Below are positions 21,632 to 26,038 of a stretch of DNA of 26,038 nt, one piece after another; the first letter of the stretch is position 1, and the number at the start of each line of letters is the position of its first letter. Position numbers and translations under genes: made by a program. Origin of the DNA: Utricularia gibba (lineage: Eukaryota > Plantae > Magnoliophyta). The stretch covers positions 1-26,038 of the forward strand of contig NEEC01000286.1 in NCBI GenBank assembly GCA_002189035.1, in the 5' to 3' direction. Under the pieces are notes generated by a model. The model was not told where the DNA came from. It made no database searches and saw nothing but the letters and a program-made list of their open reading frames with translations.

Positions 21632-23636
21632 TAGTGTTGGGCACGAATTGTGCCCAACTAGTTGTGGGCAAGGCCCAACAAATTTGTTAATCCAACATGT
21701 ACAACCTATAGGCCAAATTTTCGTTTGGATTCATAAGTGGGTTGGTCCCATGGGTTTTAATTAAACCCAACCCAACCTGTGGCCTGAAGACCAATTAATG
21801 GGTTCACGATGGATGACCCAATATTTTAAAAAATATTTTTAAATTTATATTTTTAGTTTTAACTCAAATTATATTAAATATTTAAATCCTAATAATTATA
21901 AAGTAATATTTTTATAAAATATATAAAAATAGGACTATGACTCTCATTTTATTAATTTATCCTCACTTTTGACTGAATAATACCATAATACAAATGTTTG
22001 AAAATAAAAATAAAAACATAAAAAACTCCTAATACCATGTACTATTCGTCTTCTTCATATTCCTCTTCAGAACTTGATGCATAATATTGTAATTTATTCT
22101 TCCTCCTTGCCACATCATTTCAATTTTTTCAAACATATACATGCCTTCAATGTGTCAAGAACAAATTTTGATCTTTTCTTAATAAGCATTCTCCACTAGC
22201 ACTAAATGCACGGTTGAAATTGGAGTACATCTTTGGCCATCTTAACCAAGATTGGAAAATTTATAACATTGCTTTTCCACCATATTAGTAAATCAAACGA
22301 ATCATCATCATTACCTTCAACAATAGGCGCATTGTGTTGTAAAAAATATATTCTCCATGTGAACTAGAGAATTGGGAGGATGAACTACATTTGCTACGAA
22401 CTAAAGTAATAGGATGAATAACAAAAGAGCATGAAGAAAAAGATGAAGGAATAAAAACATTTACCATAGACATATTTGATGCACCATGCTCAATTTCATG
22501 TAATGAAAACATAGCTTGAATATTCAAAATTGCTTACCTATTCATTTTAAGAACATCAATAAAAACATAAAGTAGAGTTTTCTATCTTTTTTCCTTTAAT
22601 CTAGAATCCAAACTAGTTGCAACAAGATATAATTGAAGAATTTTATCATAATATTTTCAATTTTTTTTTTGCATATCACCTATTATACTATCAAATGGAG
22701 GCTCCCGAGAGCACTTATAAAAAACATACGAAATGCGAACAACTCCTTGAAGAATTAAATGTATAGTAAGAAAATATGAAGTGCTTAGCAAATTAGTACA
22801 AGAATATATTCTACCAGATCGACCTTTTACCATTACCTGCAACACCAGAAGAATTAGAATCCGTAGTTTTAGAATCAACTTGTAAGTCTTCATCTGAGTC
22901 CAAGTCATCCAAATCTATGTCATTATTATCAATGGATTGTTTGAGGAATGAAAAGATCATATTCCATCCATATCGAAATCTGAAAAATAAAAAAAACTCA
23001 TATTTACATATTCTTAATACTTAATTGAAGACTCATATTAATAAATTGAAGATTTTAAAAAAATCAAGCTAGATATAATCAAACAAAATCCATGATACAG
23101 ATTCAGTATATATCAACAAAACGTGAAATTATGTAAATACTTAAAAAAAGAAAAAATATAAATAAAATTAAAAAAATTCCAACTTCAGATGGATCAAAAA
23201 TATGCAAACAATGGTGAAAATGAATCAAAATTATGTGGCTATTGTTAGATTGCGATCAAAATATCCTTTTGAATCTAAACAATATGGCTAGGGTTGAATG
23301 GTGATTCCAAAATTCAAAATATTCTGTTTTGATATGTGTTAAATTGGGTTTTGAATTTTGGATCAAAAAGAATTATCCATAGAATTATTTTGGATTGATG
23401 TGTCAACTCGTGGCTCAACGGGTTTGTTCTTATATGTGTTAAAATTGGTTTTGAATTTTGGACTGAAACAAATTATCCACCAAAGAATTATTTTGGACTG
23501 ATGTGTCAATTTGTGGTCCAATGGGTCTGACCCGTTAGGGTCATGTGTTGATTTGGCTCAATCCATCAACTTTCTAAGACAGGTTGACCCATGGACTAGA
23601 CTCATTCATATGGGTACAAAAAGATTAGTAAACCTA
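21632..23636 (-). mobile_element. Internally deleted hAT DNA transposon remnant
   Basis: Dimerisation-domain relic FDLLIWWKSNVINFPILVKMAKDVL..PISTV..AFSASG...LDTLKACICL (~22305-22125); DUF4413-like DMQKK..KYYDKILQLYLVATSLDSR (~22680-22600); CCCAA/GGGT-rich subterminal-like blocks at ~21636-21820 and ~23400-23620. TIRs and TSD not resolved, so the limits are approximate. Confidence 0.72.
23332..23530. repeat. Two diverged ~100-bp tandem units
   Basis: ATATGTGTTAAA.TGGTTTTGAATTTTGGA...AGAATTATTTTGGA.TGATGTGTCAA starting at 23332 and 23432. Confidence 0.85.
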
Positions 23637-24752
23637 GTAATGAGGCTCGCAAAACCAATTTTAACATGACTTAGAGGAATGATAATGATGAAATGATTGT
23701 CACCATGCTTGGTTATTTAAATCTAATCGAGACCAGTAGTGACCGGATTACGGAATCAAGAGCAAACTGTCATATTTATTCAAGGAATGAGTATTTCTCC
23801 TTCTATAGTCCATTTGGGGTGACAATCATATGATCAAGTTTGCTGACAAGTCTACTACACCAGTGCTTGAAATGGGAGAAGTCTCTAAAATTTACCTCAA
23901 TAAAGACTGCCCTTTTGAAGAATGTGTTGCATGCTCCTACCATAAATACCAATGTCATCTCAGCCATCCAGATGGATAAATGTGACCTAAATATCTACTT
24001 AGGCAATGGGGCTATTGTGATGATGAAAAACAATGTCTTTGTTAGGAAAAGAAACATCGGTAGTCAAGAGTTGTATGTGATGAATGCTTCTGTTATTTTT
24101 TAGAATCAAATTGATTCTGCTTACATGATGTTCTTTTGATATCTAACATGTTAGACTAGGTCATACTAACTATGTCTACATGAAAAGTATGCAACAATTA
24201 GATTTAATTTCGAAATTACTTGACTTATCTGCTAAGTGTGAAACTTGTATAAAGGCAAAAATAATTAAAAAATCATGTTTTTTTGAGTAAAGAATCTGAA
24301 TTGCTTGCATTGATTTATTTGGATGAGATACCTCAAAGGAACAACTGACTATGACATTCAATATCATAAAAAACCCATTGTATTGGAGGGATACAATGAT
24401 GATAGTTGGGTATATGGGACAGAAGAGCCAAAGACCATAAGTGGAGTGATTTTTACATTGGGTAGAGGAGCTGTATCTTGGAAATCCACTAAAAAAACCT
24501 TGATATCTAAATCATTAATGGAAGTTGAGTTCATTACATTAGATCTAATAAGAATTGAGGTCGATTGGTTGAGAAACTATGTGATGAGAATCCCTCTTAA
24601 GCAACACGGATCCTTCTGAGTGTTGCTGCATTGTGATTGCCAAGCATTGATTGTCACTGTTAAGAATCGATCCTACAATGGAAGAAATATACACATGCAA
24701 CTAAGGCATGGAATATTGAGATTGTTGTTAAGAACCGGTGTGATATCCATTG

Positions 24753-25243
24753 TGATGGGGTACAAATCGGATATGGTTAATCGGTCCCTGAAAAGCTGCC
24801 AAAAGGAACTGTGATGGGATAGGTTTGGCTGATAGACCGATATGTGTCAGAGACACAGTCTGAAAAGTGGTCGAATTACGGCAGAGCAGGCAACGATTTT
24901 CTGAAAAGCAGGATCGCAGTACAGGTGCAGAAAGCAACTGACAATTAAAGAATTCAGGATTCGATCAGATCGATCTCTCCTATAAATAGGATAAATTCTG
25001 AAGAGAAAAGGGTTGGACCCTTAGCCCACTAACGTGTATTCCCTCTCTTCCATCGTCTAGTGAAGGTTATTCTCTGGTGAGCTCTGACAGCTCTGTAGTT
25101 TTTTTGTCTTCCGGCGGTTTCCACGTAAAAATCTTGTCTTTTCGAACTCTTTATAGCATACGACCCTAAACCGGTATGCTGCATCCAGCTACACCCATAA
25201 CTTGAAAATCGCCCAATCCTGATATCGATTTTCACCCTCAACA
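24753..25243 (+). mobile_element. Solo LTR (491 bp) inserted in the copia RNase H
   Basis: TG...CA termini; 5-bp TSD CATTG at 24748-24752 and 25244-25248; TATAAATA at 24981. Removing it restores the reading VISIEYMR. Confidence 0.88.
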
Positions 25244-25893
25244 CATTGAATACATGAGAATGTTAGTGAATTTGACCAATCCACTAGCCAAACCTCTCAA
25301 TAGAGAGAGAATCTGTGAGCTTTTGAGGGGAATGAGACCAATGCCGTTAAGCAAACGACAATGATGATAACCTAACATGTGAGAAGAGAAACACTTTGAT
25401 CAGGTTCATATGGGTAATAATAACTCACTGCTAGTTTTGAGAACACAAATCTAGGCAAGTGGTCATTTTTATGAAATATGTGTTCTACCTGCAAAATGAA
25501 GGATTAGTATTTACTCTTAATATCTCTGTAGTTGATTAAATTCGTAACACATATAAGTAGAGTGTGTTAGATAGAGGCACCTTTATAAGTGTGGAGGATA
25601 GCCGCTCCTATGAAATATATGAGATCTATAGAGCACTTATGAATCAACAGAAGTTGTATCGAGCTTATGGGTGTACTTGAGAGTTAAACAGTTGATAATT
25701 GTGGGGGTGGGTTAATGTGATTGACTATACCTCTATATCACATAATAGAATTTGATTCATAGAAATACAATTTCACCATCTACTTAGTTATATATGTATA
25801 GTGTAATCAAGAGATTGATTCATAATCAAAAGATATCATTCTCTAGACATTAGAGATTGATGGCCTAGCTCTCTCTCCAATATGTGAGGGGAT

Positions 25894-26038
25894 TGTTGAA
25901 TTTCTAGTATTGAAAAAGAACTTACTATCCTACATTGCTAGTTGAAAAGAAGTTCAATTTCTTTATATAGAATACCAACCCATTAACTTTGATTGGGTTT
26001 GAGAGTGAGCTTGACTTCTTATGCATATAGAGTTCTAA
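25894..26038 (+). mobile_element. Start of the copia 3' LTR (runs off the window)
   Basis: TGTTG immediately after the polypurine tract. Confidence 0.6.

Larger units (their letters stand above)
23680..26038 (+). mobile_element. Decayed, internally deleted Ty1/copia retrotransposon
   Basis: Protease-like ESRANCHI and VLHAPTINTNVIS; GAG-pre-integrase HVRLGH...KCETCIKAK; RNase H RYLKGT..LEGYNDDSW..GAVSWKS..MEVEF, LHCDCQA, VISI/EYMR..NLTNPLAKPL; PPT-like GAGGGGA at 25886-25892 followed by TGTTG. Confidence 0.88.

Noticed and set aside
24728-25244. ORFs 24728-24937 and 25029-25244
   Set aside because: Fall within the solo LTR and are non-coding.

Overview
AT-rich angiosperm nuclear DNA (species not determinable from sequence). 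Left to right: (1) a DUF688-family gene (+, ~1943-3489); (2) three copies of a 5-exon FMO1-like flavin monooxygenase: A (-, 6137-3655), B (+, 11233-13395, 3'-truncated) and C (-, 18589-15708, an older paralog); (3) a 5' fragment of a MIP3/Sec1-family gene, head-to-head with C; (4) a stack of decayed transposons (Ty3/gypsy, Tourist MITE, hAT, Ty1/copia, solo LTR). The dominant structure is a two-junction rearrangement: 3985-7959 is re-inserted inverted at 9409-13386, between two direct copies of 8066-9408 (second copy 13385-14728). This created copy B, which lacks its 3' end and now faces copy C tail-to-tail, a layout that could generate FMO hairpin RNA by read-through. Main caveat: the duplicated arms differ almost only by homopolymer indels, and the locatable frameshifts are -1 events, nearly all in G/C runs. 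That is the signature of long-read consensus error, so the frameshifts, and possibly the rearrangement itself, need read-level validation. All coordinates and counts were obtained by manual reading; no searches were run.
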